Part shown: positions 50,658 through 59,863 of the stretch, in pieces
Numbering within the stretch: position 1 is the first letter of the stretch
Layout of the letters: each line of letters starts with the position of its first letter
From: Patescibacteria group bacterium
GTDB taxonomy: Bacteria > Patescibacteriota > Minisyncoccia > Minisyncoccales > Staskawiczbacteraceae
Assembly: GCA_022703425.1 (NCBI GenBank)
Contig: JAKLDQ010000001.1
Location: 36,243 to 100,242 of the forward strand
DNA length: 64,000 bases
Direction: 5' to 3'
Position numbers and translations under genes: made by a program
The notes under the pieces: model-generated
Databases searched by the model: none
What the model saw: the letters and a program-made list of their open reading frames with translations, nothing else
What the model was told of the DNA's origin: nothing

Positions 50658-51110
50658 ATGGGAAAAAAGCATATCATAGAAACAAATCAGGAAGAACTGA
50701 TTAAAGAAAAAGAAAAAGTTGAAGCAACCATGAAAAAAGAAGCAAAAGTAAAAGCTTCTGAAAGGGTTGCCGAAGCGAAAGTTTTCGTTTCTTCTTCATA
50801 CAACAACACCATAGTTACCCTTACAAATCACAGAGGACAAGTTTTAGCGTGGAAATCGGCGGGATCGGTTGGATTTAAAGGGACAAAGAAAGCAACATCG
50901 TTTGCTGCATCAAGGGTTGCCGAAGCCATTGCGAATATCGCAAAAAAACTAGGAGTTGAAAAAATCGAAGTTCTTATAAAGGGTATCGGAGCAGGAAGAG
51001 AGTCTGCTGTCAGAACTTTGGTTACACAAGGGTTAAATATTATTTCTATAAAAGACGTCACGCCTATTCCTCACAACGGATGCAGGCCAAAGAAAGTAAG
51101 ACGCGTATAA
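50658..51110 (+). CDS. rpsK: 30S ribosomal protein S11 with N-terminal extension
   Basis: SSYNNTIVTLTNHRGQVLAWKSAG. Confidence 0.9.
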   Translation: MGKKHIIETNQEELIKEKEKVEATMKKEAKVKASERVAEAKVFVSSSYNNTIVTLTNHRGQVLAWKSAGSVGFKGTKKATSFAASRVAEAIANIAKKLGVEKIEVLIKGIGAGRESAVRTLVTQGLNIISIKDVTPIPHNGCRPKKVRRV

Positions 51111-51116
51111 CGAATT

Positions 51117-51749
51117 ATGGCAATATACGATCAATGTAAAACTTGCAGAAGACTTGGAGAAAAGCTTTTCATTAAAGGAGAGCGCTGTTTGTCTCAGAAA
51201 TGCGCACTCACAAGAAGGGCTTATGCCCCCGGTCCGCAGAAGAAGAGGAAGGGCGGAGCTCCCTCGGACTATAAAAAATCGTTGAACGAAAAGCAGGCTC
51301 TCAAGAAATGGTACGGCCTTTCTGAAAAACAGTTCAAGAGATACGTTGAAGAAACTCTTGCAAAAATGGGCAAGGTTGAAAACGTTGCAGACGAGTTGAT
51401 CAAAAAACTTGAAACAAGGCTGGACAACACAATTTTCAGACTGGGGTTTGCTACGACAAGGACGCACGCAAGGCAGATGGTTTCGCATAGCTTCTTTTTA
51501 GTAAACGGAAAACCGGTAAATATTCCTTCATATCAGGTTAAGAAGGGAGATGTTATTACCATAAAAGAAACCAAGAAAAAAAAGCCGGTATTCAATTCTT
51601 TGTCAGAATCCTTAAAGAGAAAAGAAGTGCCGGTCTGGTTGAATTTAAATAAAGAAAAATTGGAAGGAAAGCCTGTCGGAGAACCTTCTTTGGCGGAAGT
51701 AAATCCTCCTGCAGAAATTTCCTTAATATTCGAGTTTTATTCACGCTAA
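51117..51749 (+). CDS. rpsD: 30S ribosomal protein S4
   Basis: CKTCRRLGEKLF zinc ribbon; S4 domain. Confidence 0.9.
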   Translation: MAIYDQCKTCRRLGEKLFIKGERCLSQKCALTRRAYAPGPQKKRKGGAPSDYKKSLNEKQALKKWYGLSEKQFKRYVEETLAKMGKVENVADELIKKLETRLDNTIFRLGFATTRTHARQMVSHSFFLVNGKPVNIPSYQVKKGDVITIKETKKKKPVFNSLSESLKRKEVPVWLNLNKEKLEGKPVGEPSLAEVNPPAEISLIFEFYSR

Positions 51750-51820
51750 CCGCATGGAGCGCGTGATAGGGAGCAAATAACATTGTTATGCTTCATATCT
51801 GTTGCTCGATGCAAAATTAT

Positions 51821-52780
51821 ATGATTCCATTACCGTTACCGCCAAAAATTATCCACAAGAAAAAGAATCACGCCCTTTTTGAAATAGAGGGCCTTTATCC
51901 TGGATACGGCGTTACAATCGGAAACAGTTTGAGAAGAGTTTTGCTCTCCTCAATGCAGGGATCGGCAGTCACTGAAATAAAAATTAAGGGAGCATCCCAC
52001 GAGTTTTCAACAATTCCGGGCGTTTTAGAAGACACAATAATGATTATTTTGAATGTCAAAAATTTGAGATTCAAAATACACGAAGGCGATTCGCAGAGGA
52101 TTACCCTTAAAGTGAAGGGGGAGAAAGAAGTTAAGGGATCGGACATTGATTTGCCCGCTCAAGTTGAGCTTGCAAATCCCGACCAGCATATCGCCACAAT
52201 CAGCGACAAGAAAACAGAATTTGAAATGGAGTTTTTTATTGAAAAGGGAATCGGATATGAGCCGAAGGATCAGAGAAAAAATAAAAAAGCGGAAATCGGC
52301 GTGATTGCACTTGACGCAATTTACACTCCGATTAAAAATGTTAACTTCCAAATAGAGAGCATGCGTGTCGGTGACAGAACTGACTTTGACAGATTAAATC
52401 TTGAAATCGAAACCGACGGAACAATCACTCCGGAAGAAGCATTTTTTGAGGCGTGCGACATTTTAATTAAGCACTTCAACGTTATTTTTGAAGGAAAAGC
52501 GCCGAAAACCGCTGTTAAGGATGAGACCCCCGATTTAATGGGCGGAGAAGAAGAAAAATCGGAAGCTGAGGCAGATGCCACAAAAACAAATGTTGAAGAT
52601 TTAAAGCTCTCAACAAGAACCTTAAATGCATTGCTCGACAATAACATTAAGACAGTCGGAGGATTGATAAGAAAATCAGAAAAAACCTTGTCTGAGCTAG
52701 AAGGAATGGGCGATGTTGCAATAAAGGAAATAAAGAAAAGATTAAAGAAACTCGGCTTGGAATTAAAGGCGGGTGAATAA
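51821..52780 (+). CDS. rpoA: DNA-directed RNA polymerase subunit alpha (start trimmed)
   Basis: LYPGYGVTIGNSLRRVLLSS; C-terminal domain LSTRTLNAL. Confidence 0.9.
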   Translation: MIPLPLPPKIIHKKKNHALFEIEGLYPGYGVTIGNSLRRVLLSSMQGSAVTEIKIKGASHEFSTIPGVLEDTIMIILNVKNLRFKIHEGDSQRITLKVKGEKEVKGSDIDLPAQVELANPDQHIATISDKKTEFEMEFFIEKGIGYEPKDQRKNKKAEIGVIALDAIYTPIKNVNFQIESMRVGDRTDFDRLNLEIETDGTITPEEAFFEACDILIKHFNVIFEGKAPKTAVKDETPDLMGGEEEKSEAEADATKTNVEDLKLSTRTLNALLDNNIKTVGGLIRKSEKTLSELEGMGDVAIKEIKKRLKKLGLELKAGE

Positions 52781-52797
52781 TAGGATTTTAAATAGAC

Positions 52798-53148
52798 ATG
52801 AGAAAGTTAAACAAAGGAAGAAAATTATCCAGAACAAAAAATAAGAGAAAAGCGCTATTGAAAGCATTAGTGACCAGTCTTTTCTTGCACGAAAGAATTC
52901 AGACAACAGAAGCGAAGGCAAAAGAACTTCGTGTTGTTGCCGAAAAATTTATAACAAGGGCAAAGAACAACACTATTGCCAACAAAAGAGTTTTGGCACA
53001 GGTTCTTTCTCCCAAAATAAATAAAAAATTATTTGAAGAAATTGCTCCGAAATACAAGGACAGAAACGGCGGATACACAAGAATAATGAGGCTTGGTCCG
53101 AGGCCGTCTGATGGAGCAAATATGGTAATTATAGAACTCGTTAAGTAA
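52798..53148 (+). CDS. rplQ: 50S ribosomal protein L17
   Basis: LFLHERIQTTEAKAKELR. Confidence 0.9.
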   Translation: MRKLNKGRKLSRTKNKRKALLKALVTSLFLHERIQTTEAKAKELRVVAEKFITRAKNNTIANKRVLAQVLSPKINKKLFEEIAPKYKDRNGGYTRIMRLGPRPSDGANMVIIELVK

Positions 53149-53152
53149 TAAC

Positions 53153-53512
53153 ATGGAAAAGATTCAAAGAGAAAATCACATAATTGATGCAGAGGGAAAA
53201 ATTCTTGGAAGACTGGCAACACAAGTTGCAAACCTGTTGAGAGGAAAGAACAAGCCGGGATTTGTTTTACATCAGGACATGGGGGATTTTGTCACAATAA
53301 AAAACGTAGATAAAATGAAATTCACCGGAAAGAAATTTACAGACAAAATTTATTACAGGCATACAGGATATTTGGGAGGGTTAAAACAGATGACATTAAA
53401 AGAGCTTCACACAAAAAGACCTTCAGAGGTTTTGAGAAAAGCAGTTATGGGAATGCTTACAAAAAACAAATTGAGGGCAAGACAGATTAATAGATTAAAG
53501 TTTGAGAAATAG
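53153..53512 (+). CDS. rplM: 50S ribosomal protein L13
   Basis: IDAEGKILGRLATQVANLLRGK. Confidence 0.9.
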   Translation: MEKIQRENHIIDAEGKILGRLATQVANLLRGKNKPGFVLHQDMGDFVTIKNVDKMKFTGKKFTDKIYYRHTGYLGGLKQMTLKELHTKRPSEVLRKAVMGMLTKNKLRARQINRLKFEK

Positions 53513-53516
53513 AAAC

Positions 53517-54098
53517 ATGCCAACAGCAAAGAAACCAACAACTAAAAAAACACCGGCCGAAAAGCCGGTAAAGAAAACAGCTCCAAAGCCGGTTGAAGAA
53601 ATAAAAGAACCGGTTCAGGCATACGTTACACCGGACATTGCAGATGATGACGGAGATGATTTTTCTTTGGAAGATTTTAAATTTGACAAGGAGCTTGCTT
53701 CAAAGCCCGACAGGTATTTTGAGGCAATCGGAAGAAGAAAGACTGCTGTTGCAAGAGTAAGGCTTTTTACAAGAGGAGAGAAACAATTTTTAATAAACAA
53801 CAAACCCTACGAAGAATATTTCAAAGTTTCAGAAGACCAGCAGACAGCGACGGCTTCAATGAAAAAAATGAAATGCCTCGACAAATTCAGAATCACAGTA
53901 GTTGTGAGAGGGGGAGGAAGGCACGCCCAGGCAGAAGCAGTAAGGCACGGAACAGCCAGAGTATTGGTTGATTTCAACAATAACTTCAGAAAGAGGCTTA
54001 GAAAAGCCGGATTCTTAACAAGAGATCCGAGAATGAGAGAAAGAAAGAAGTTCGGTTTGAAGCGTGCAAGAAGAGCGCCACAATGGGCAAAGAGATAA
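53517..54098 (+). CDS. rpsI: 30S ribosomal protein S9 with long N-terminal extension
   Basis: GRRKTAVARV...GGGRHAQAEAVRHG...KRARRAPQWAKR. Confidence 0.9.
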   Translation: MPTAKKPTTKKTPAEKPVKKTAPKPVEEIKEPVQAYVTPDIADDDGDDFSLEDFKFDKELASKPDRYFEAIGRRKTAVARVRLFTRGEKQFLINNKPYEEYFKVSEDQQTATASMKKMKCLDKFRITVVVRGGGRHAQAEAVRHGTARVLVDFNNNFRKRLRKAGFLTRDPRMRERKKFGLKRARRAPQWAKR

Positions 54099-54104
54099 TG
54101 GAAA

Positions 54105-54126
54105 ACCGCCGAAAGGCGGTTTTTTG
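54105..54126 (+). terminator. rho-independent terminator ending the ribosomal operon
   Basis: ACCGCCGAAAGGCGGT followed by TTTTTTG. Confidence 0.7.
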
Positions 54127-54219
54127 TTAGCACTCATATCGGAAAGGCATCTATTGACATTGTATATTATCCATAGTATAATCAAGAAAGTACAGTGATG
54201 TTCTTGCACAAAGGAGATT

Positions 54220-54858
54220 GTGATGAAAATGAAAGTAGCAGTGGCGGTATTGGTTCTCGCATTCGCCAGTATGGCCAAGGGCGATACGCTGGATGGAAGC
54301 TATCTTGTTCCGGGCTCCACTTTGACCGAAAGTTATGTTTTCGATAACTACAATTTCGGCGGTGGCATCCAGAACTACGTTTATTACCATGAGGGCGCTC
54401 CTCAGTTCGAGTGGGCACATCTCTGGGTTAGCTTTAACAGCGCCTATCGGCTGATTGGCAGTCCGGCATGGATTTTTGAGTCTGAGCCGGGAAGCAAGCA
54501 GTGGACGGCCACTTTGAGCTTTTCTGGAGTGGAAACGATGGACAATACCAGGTCAATGGCTTATTCGCCGGCATTCCTATATGTTAATGGGTGGGAAGCA
54601 CGGGGCGGAGTTATGACCCTCTGTGAATATGGAAATCCACTCTGGGTCAATCTAAATGCGTCCCTGCAGGTAAGCCCGTTTGCCAAGGCAAACAACTTCG
54701 ATTTCCAGTTTACGGAAACGCCGGATCCAACGGGGACTGTCCACTTTCAAGGAACTTATACTGCATATGGCGAATTTGCACCTGTTCCCGAGCCGAGCGC
54801 ACTTGTGCTAATGCTTGGTGTTGTTGCAGGCGGAATGCTGATTTTTCGCAAAAAATAA
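54220..54858 (+). CDS. secreted protein with C-terminal PEP-CTERM sorting signal
   Basis: signal peptide; C-terminal PVPEPS + TM (ALVLMLGVVAGGMLIF) + RKK; locally elevated GC. Confidence 0.6.
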   Translation: MMKMKVAVAVLVLAFASMAKGDTLDGSYLVPGSTLTESYVFDNYNFGGGIQNYVYYHEGAPQFEWAHLWVSFNSAYRLIGSPAWIFESEPGSKQWTATLSFSGVETMDNTRSMAYSPAFLYVNGWEARGGVMTLCEYGNPLWVNLNASLQVSPFAKANNFDFQFTETPDPTGTVHFQGTYTAYGEFAPVPEPSALVLMLGVVAGGMLIFRKK

Positions 54859-54936
54859 GGTCATCGTAATTTGACCCCGACCGCATGGTTTTGCCCAGCG
54901 GCCTTTTTTTATTAAGAAAATAAATCAAAAGAAAAA

Positions 54937-54958
54937 CCGCTGGGGGAAGCGGTTATTT
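54937..54958 (-). terminator. rho-independent terminator for the minus-strand small gene
   Basis: minus-strand ACCGCTTCCCCCAGCGGT followed by TTTTCTTTT. Confidence 0.55.
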
Positions 54959-54971
54959 AATGGGATAAACT

Positions 54972-55211
54972 CTAAGAAATTTTTCCCTCGGTCCAATCGC
55001 CGTAGAGAGCATTCAGCTCAAGTTTCATCGCGACAATTTCTTCGACCAAACCTTGGTCAATAAGACCCGTAAAAGACGCTCGAAACTCTGCAACGCGAAT
55101 TTTTGCTTCAATTTTTTCTGTCAGCTCGATGATTACTGCCGGTCGGTATGAACTTTTGGCAAGTTCAAACGCCCTTAACGATGCTTTTTGGCTTAACACT
55201 CGCAATGGCAT
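54972..55211 (-). CDS. hypothetical small protein
   Basis: 79-aa ORF with its own terminator; no recognised motif. Confidence 0.45.
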   Translation of the reverse strand: MPLRVLSQKASLRAFELAKSSYRPAVIIELTEKIEAKIRVAEFRASFTGLIDQGLVEEIVAMKLELNALYGDWTEGKIS

Positions 55212-55285
55212 TCTACTCTCCTTAGCAAAACGGTGTACAAATGAACTATTCTTAAACTAACCGAAGAAACTTCTTTTGTCAATTT

Positions 55286-56014
55286 ATGTTCAGGGTTGCA
55301 CAAATTTTTCAAAATGATAAAATTCAGAATATGTTAAAAGAACTAATTGACCAGTTTTATATCGAGAACCAAAAAAACAGGGATCAGACTCATTTTTATA
55401 TAACAGATGCAGGCAAATGCCCCCGCGCTGTTTTTTTTAAGTTCAAAAATGTTCCAAGAGAACCGATGGATGCAAGATTACTGAGAGTTTTTGAGCACGG
55501 CGAACATCTTCACCGAAATATTTTTAATATTTTATACAGGTTGAGAGTAGGAGTTACGACAGAAATTCCAATTCCGGCGCAGGAAATAATTTCGGGCAGG
55601 GCAGACGCAATCCTGTGCGTTAACAACGAAAATTATGTGCTGGATATTAAAAGCATGAACAGCATGATTTTCCGGAACTTAAAAGAGCCGAAAGAGGAGA
55701 ACGTTTATCAGATCCAGTTGTATTTGCACTATTTTAATATCAAAAAAGGAATTTTACTGTATATAGACAAAGACCAGCAAAATTTAAAGGAGTTTATAAT
55801 TACTTATGATCCGGTTCTGGTAAAAGGGCTGCTCGAGGGATTTTATTCCTTAAAAACACAGATTGAAGAGGGATCTGTTCCGGCAAGATTGGCGGAATAT
55901 CCCCAAAATTGGCAGTGCACATATTGCCAGTTCCGCGACATATGCAAGTTAGCGGATGGAGAAAATGTAAAATGGGAGGAATTCAAAAAGAAAATTGAGA
56001 CTTTGCAGGCATAA
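55286..56014 (+). CDS. Cas4-like / RecB-family PD-(D/E)xK nuclease with four-Cys Fe-S cluster signature
   Basis: N-terminal Cys (DAGKCPR); motif II D (ADAIL); VLDIKS (DxK); QIQLYLHY (QxxxY); C-terminal CTYCQFRDIC. Confidence 0.6.
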   Translation: MFRVAQIFQNDKIQNMLKELIDQFYIENQKNRDQTHFYITDAGKCPRAVFFKFKNVPREPMDARLLRVFEHGEHLHRNIFNILYRLRVGVTTEIPIPAQEIISGRADAILCVNNENYVLDIKSMNSMIFRNLKEPKEENVYQIQLYLHYFNIKKGILLYIDKDQQNLKEFIITYDPVLVKGLLEGFYSLKTQIEEGSVPARLAEYPQNWQCTYCQFRDICKLADGENVKWEEFKKKIETLQA

Positions 56015-56045
56015 AAAAATCCCCGCAAAACGGGGATTTTTTATT
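56012..56045. terminator. bidirectional rho-independent terminator
   Basis: AAAAAAATCCCCGCAAAACGGGGATTTTTTATT. Confidence 0.7.
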
Positions 56046-57393
56046 GAGTGATTTTTTCCGATGCGATTAACGTATTGCCGGAAAGCATATATATCTTTCC
56101 GTCATTTCGGTTAAAGGCTATTTTTGCTCCTTTTGTGCTGAATTCTTTTCCGCCGGCAATCAACGTCTGGGGGAGGGTGTGCATATTGATGTGTCCGCGC
56201 GGATCAATTTCTGAAATAACGATGCTGTTTTGCGTGTTAAAAATCAGGTAATCATTATTCAGCCAGTAGCAGTCAATAATTTTCTCCTGGAGGCGTGCAA
56301 GCAAAACTTTTTCGGCCGGTCCATCTTTTGTGGTTAAGTAGGAAATTTCATTTTCATTGTAATAAAGCAATTTTTTTCCATCTGGAGAAACGCTTGTTTT
56401 GGCAATAGGGGAATAAAAATCCTCAAAAAGTTTTGTGGTTTTATTCAGGAAAAAAAGCTTCTGGTTTTCCTGCAAAGAAATATTTTCCTGTGAGGTTGCC
56501 AGTTTATAACTATTTGCTGTGTTTACTGAGTAGGGCTTTTCAAAAAGGGTTGAAATAAGCTTTCCCGAAAAATCCGAATTGTAAATATTGCTGTCATACG
56601 AGAGCCAGACTATTCCTCCGTCAGCAAAATAATACGAAGCAACATTTTTTATAATAGGAACGGATTTTTTGCTGGAGTATAAATTTTTGTTTATCACGTA
56701 AAAAAAGTCGTCTGAATTTCTCGGGTCAAAAGAAATTTGTTTTGCAGATGAAAGATAGGGAAGCGGCAGCGCTTTCGGCTTCTGTTCAAAAGGGTTAAGC
56801 AGATAATATTTTCCTTGTGATTTCATTAAAAGCTTGTTTGAGTCTCCGGACCATATCAAATCTGTTATATTTGCAATTTCGGCGGGTAAAAGCACTGTCA
56901 TTGTGTGCTTCTCTGAGTTCCTGGAAATAATATTCGCTTCAATTGAAGCCGGCTTGAAGACAGCATAAAAAAATCTGTTCCCGTCATCTGACAATGAAAG
57001 ATAGTCTGCTTTCTGCGCAATTTCAGAAAAGGGAATATCTTTTTTTATAAGCAGGATATCCTCAATTTTCTCTGCCTGTTTTCCGGTAACCTCAAGAGTT
57101 TTTTGATAATCAAAATACCCGATTTTTCTTACCGTGACTGTATGCTGTCCCGGAAGCAAGTCCTGCACGAAAACAGCGCTGTCAAACAGGCCGGGTTTAA
57201 CAGTTTTTTTGGAGTCTATGGTAACCTCGTTGGCAGAAGGAAAGCTCCTTATATATATTCCTCCCGTTGAAACAATCTTCCATCTCTGCAAATCTATCCT
57301 GTAGCCGATTGAATACATAACAATATACGGAGCGGCCGCAAAGAAACAAATAATACAGGCGAAGAATATAACTAGACGTATTTTTTTATTCAT
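56041..57393 (-). CDS. membrane-anchored PEGA-domain protein with beta-propeller-like C-terminal region
   Basis: N-terminal TM; PGQHTVTVRKIGYFDYQKTLEV resembles a PEGA motif. Confidence 0.5.
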   Translation of the reverse strand: MNKKIRLVIFFACIICFFAAAPYIVMYSIGYRIDLQRWKIVSTGGIYIRSFPSANEVTIDSKKTVKPGLFDSAVFVQDLLPGQHTVTVRKIGYFDYQKTLEVTGKQAEKIEDILLIKKDIPFSEIAQKADYLSLSDDGNRFFYAVFKPASIEANIISRNSEKHTMTVLLPAEIANITDLIWSGDSNKLLMKSQGKYYLLNPFEQKPKALPLPYLSSAKQISFDPRNSDDFFYVINKNLYSSKKSVPIIKNVASYYFADGGIVWLSYDSNIYNSDFSGKLISTLFEKPYSVNTANSYKLATSQENISLQENQKLFFLNKTTKLFEDFYSPIAKTSVSPDGKKLLYYNENEISYLTTKDGPAEKVLLARLQEKIIDCYWLNNDYLIFNTQNSIVISEIDPRGHINMHTLPQTLIAGGKEFSTKGAKIAFNRNDGKIYMLSGNTLIASEKITQ

Positions 57394-57496
57394 AAATATG
57401 GTTTGACTTTATCACAAAAGCCGGCTTTTTTCAATTGACACTCAGGGTTTACAATATCGGGTTTTTGGATTAGGATAAAAACAATTAACCATAAAA

Positions 57497-58759
57497 ATGG
57501 CAGAAAAATTTGTAATTCAGGGCGGAAAACGCCTTTCCGGAGAAATTGAAGTCAGGGGTTCAAAAAACGCGGCAGGTCCAATACTTGCTGCTTGTCTTTT
57601 GACCGACAAGGAATGTGTTATTGATAATCTTCCGTTAATAGAAGATATTTTTAATATTCTGGAAGTTTTTAAAAGCATCGGTGTCGGCATCGAAAACATT
57701 TCAGAAAGGAAAATAAAAATCAAAGCAGAAAAGCTCGAGCTTGATAAAATGGACTTTGAAAAGGTTTCAAGAACCAGAATTTCTGTGTTGCTTTTTGGCG
57801 CTTTAATTTCGCGGGCAAAGAATTTTGTGATGTCTGCTCCCGGCGGTGACAGAATCGGATTAAGGCCGATTTATGTGCACCTGGATGCTTTTGAAAAACT
57901 GGGCGCGAAAATCGAGAGGAACGATGGATTTTACACTGTTGATTGCGCAAATTTGAAAGGGACAGAAATAGTCCTGGACGAATTTTCTGTAACTGCAACG
58001 GAAAATATTATGCTTGCTGCGGTTTTTGCCGAAGGAAAAACTGTTATCAAGGGGGCCGCATGCGAACCGCATGTTGAAGATCTTGGAAAAATGCTTTCAT
58101 CAATGGGAGCAAAAATTAAGGGTGCCGGGACACACACAATCGAAGTTGAAGGCGTCAAGAACCTTAATGGAGCTGAGCATACAATTATTTCTGACTACCT
58201 GGAAGCCGGCACGTTCATTGTTATCGGAGCATCAGTTCCGGGCTCTTCGATCAGGGTTAAAAATGTTCCAATGGAAAATCTGGACCTGTTTTTTAAAAAA
58301 ATAGACGAGCTTGGAATTAACTTTAAAAAAGAGGGGGATGATGTTATAGTTTCATATACCGATAAATTAAATGCATTGAGAATCCAGGCACTCCCGTATC
58401 CCGGTTTCCCGACAGACCTGCTTCCGGTTGTAATTCCTCTTCTTACAAGGGCAAAGGGAAAGAGCCTTATACATGATCCTTTATATCCAGGGAGGTTTAA
58501 TTATGTAAACGAACTGAGAAAAATGGGCGCAGACATAGAAATTGTAGATCCGCACAGAGCTTTTGTTTTCGGGCCATCAGAGCTCTCCGGATTGACGATT
58601 GAGTCATGGGACATCAGGGCAGGAGCCTCCTTAATTATTGCCGGATTGATGGCAGAAGGAAAAACAACGATCCAAAATATTTATCAGATAGACCGCGGAT
58701 ACGAAAAAATTGAGGAGCGGCTGTCAAAAATAGGAGCGGATATCAAACGAACCAATTAA
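57497..58759 (+). CDS. murA: UDP-N-acetylglucosamine 1-carboxyvinyltransferase
   Basis: IQGGKRLSGEIEVRGSKNAA; active-site Cys region; full length. Confidence 0.9.
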   Translation: MAEKFVIQGGKRLSGEIEVRGSKNAAGPILAACLLTDKECVIDNLPLIEDIFNILEVFKSIGVGIENISERKIKIKAEKLELDKMDFEKVSRTRISVLLFGALISRAKNFVMSAPGGDRIGLRPIYVHLDAFEKLGAKIERNDGFYTVDCANLKGTEIVLDEFSVTATENIMLAAVFAEGKTVIKGAACEPHVEDLGKMLSSMGAKIKGAGTHTIEVEGVKNLNGAEHTIISDYLEAGTFIVIGASVPGSSIRVKNVPMENLDLFFKKIDELGINFKKEGDDVIVSYTDKLNALRIQALPYPGFPTDLLPVVIPLLTRAKGKSLIHDPLYPGRFNYVNELRKMGADIEIVDPHRAFVFGPSELSGLTIESWDIRAGASLIIAGLMAEGKTTIQNIYQIDRGYEKIEERLSKIGADIKRTN

Positions 58760-58848
58760 TATCAATTATCAATTTGCAATAAATTTTCAAGGATTGAATG
58801 ATTAGTTCCGTTTTGAAAATTTGAAAATTGTAAATTGGAAATTTTCGC

Positions 58849-59856
58849 ATGTTTAATACTAAAATCGCAATTGATTTGGGAACCTGCAATTCCCTTGTTT
58901 ACGTCCAGGGAAAAGGAATTGTTTTGTATGAGCCGTCCGTAGTTGCTGTTTCTCTCGCTGATAATAAAATTTTAGCAGTAGGAGAGAATGCCAAGGAAAT
59001 GATCGGCAGGACTCCGGCAGATATCAAGGTTTATAGGCCTTTAAAGGACGGCGTTATTGCTGATTATAAAGTGACGCAGGCAATGATGCGCTATTTTATT
59101 TCAAAAACAGCAAGCCGGTTCAGGATGTTTAAGCCTGAGTTAGTTATCTCGGTGCCCGCCGGAATTACTAGCACAGAAAGAAGGGCGGTAATTGAGGCCG
59201 CGCTTTCATCGGGGGCAAAAACAGCATATGTTGCCAAAGAACCCATTCTTGCGGCGATCGGCGCCGGAATTCCGATTAATTCCTGCTCAGGGCATATGAT
59301 TGTTGACATCGGCGGAGGAACTTCTGAGGTTGCGGTTATTTCGCTGGGCGGGATTGTCACTGCGCACTCCGTAAGGGTTGCCGGGGACAAACTGGACATG
59401 GCAATCGCCGAATATATAAAAAAGAAATATAATCTTGCAATCGGAACGCAATCAGCCGAAGAAATTAAAATCAAAGTCGGGTCGGCCCTGCCTCAGAAAG
59501 ACCCGAAATACCTTGAAATTCAGGGAAGGGATTTGATCTTGGGTCTTCCGAGAAATATAAAGATTTCAAGCAATGAAGTCTGCGAAGCAATTTCGGACAC
59601 ATTGATTGAAATCATCCAGGTTTTAAAACAGGTTCTTTCTGAAACTCCGCCGGAACTTTCCGCCGACATTATGAACAAAGGAATTATTATGGCGGGGGGA
59701 GGCGCACTGCTTCCAAAAATTAACGAATTGGTGGCGCAGAATACCGGAGTGCCGTGCTTTATTGCAGAAGAGCCGTTATTTTGCGTGGTAAAAGGAACGG
59801 GAGTAGTGCTCGAACATTTGGATGATTACAAGAAAGTTGTAATGTCAAAAAAATAA
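58849..59856 (+). CDS. mreB: rod-shape-determining protein MreB
   Basis: IDLGTCNSLVYV; actin-fold phosphate motifs DIGGGTSEVAV. Confidence 0.9.
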   Translation: MFNTKIAIDLGTCNSLVYVQGKGIVLYEPSVVAVSLADNKILAVGENAKEMIGRTPADIKVYRPLKDGVIADYKVTQAMMRYFISKTASRFRMFKPELVISVPAGITSTERRAVIEAALSSGAKTAYVAKEPILAAIGAGIPINSCSGHMIVDIGGGTSEVAVISLGGIVTAHSVRVAGDKLDMAIAEYIKKKYNLAIGTQSAEEIKIKVGSALPQKDPKYLEIQGRDLILGLPRNIKISSNEVCEAISDTLIEIIQVLKQVLSETPPELSADIMNKGIIMAGGGALLPKINELVAQNTGVPCFIAEEPLFCVVKGTGVVLEHLDDYKKVVMSKK

Positions 59857-59863
59857 AAACTAA

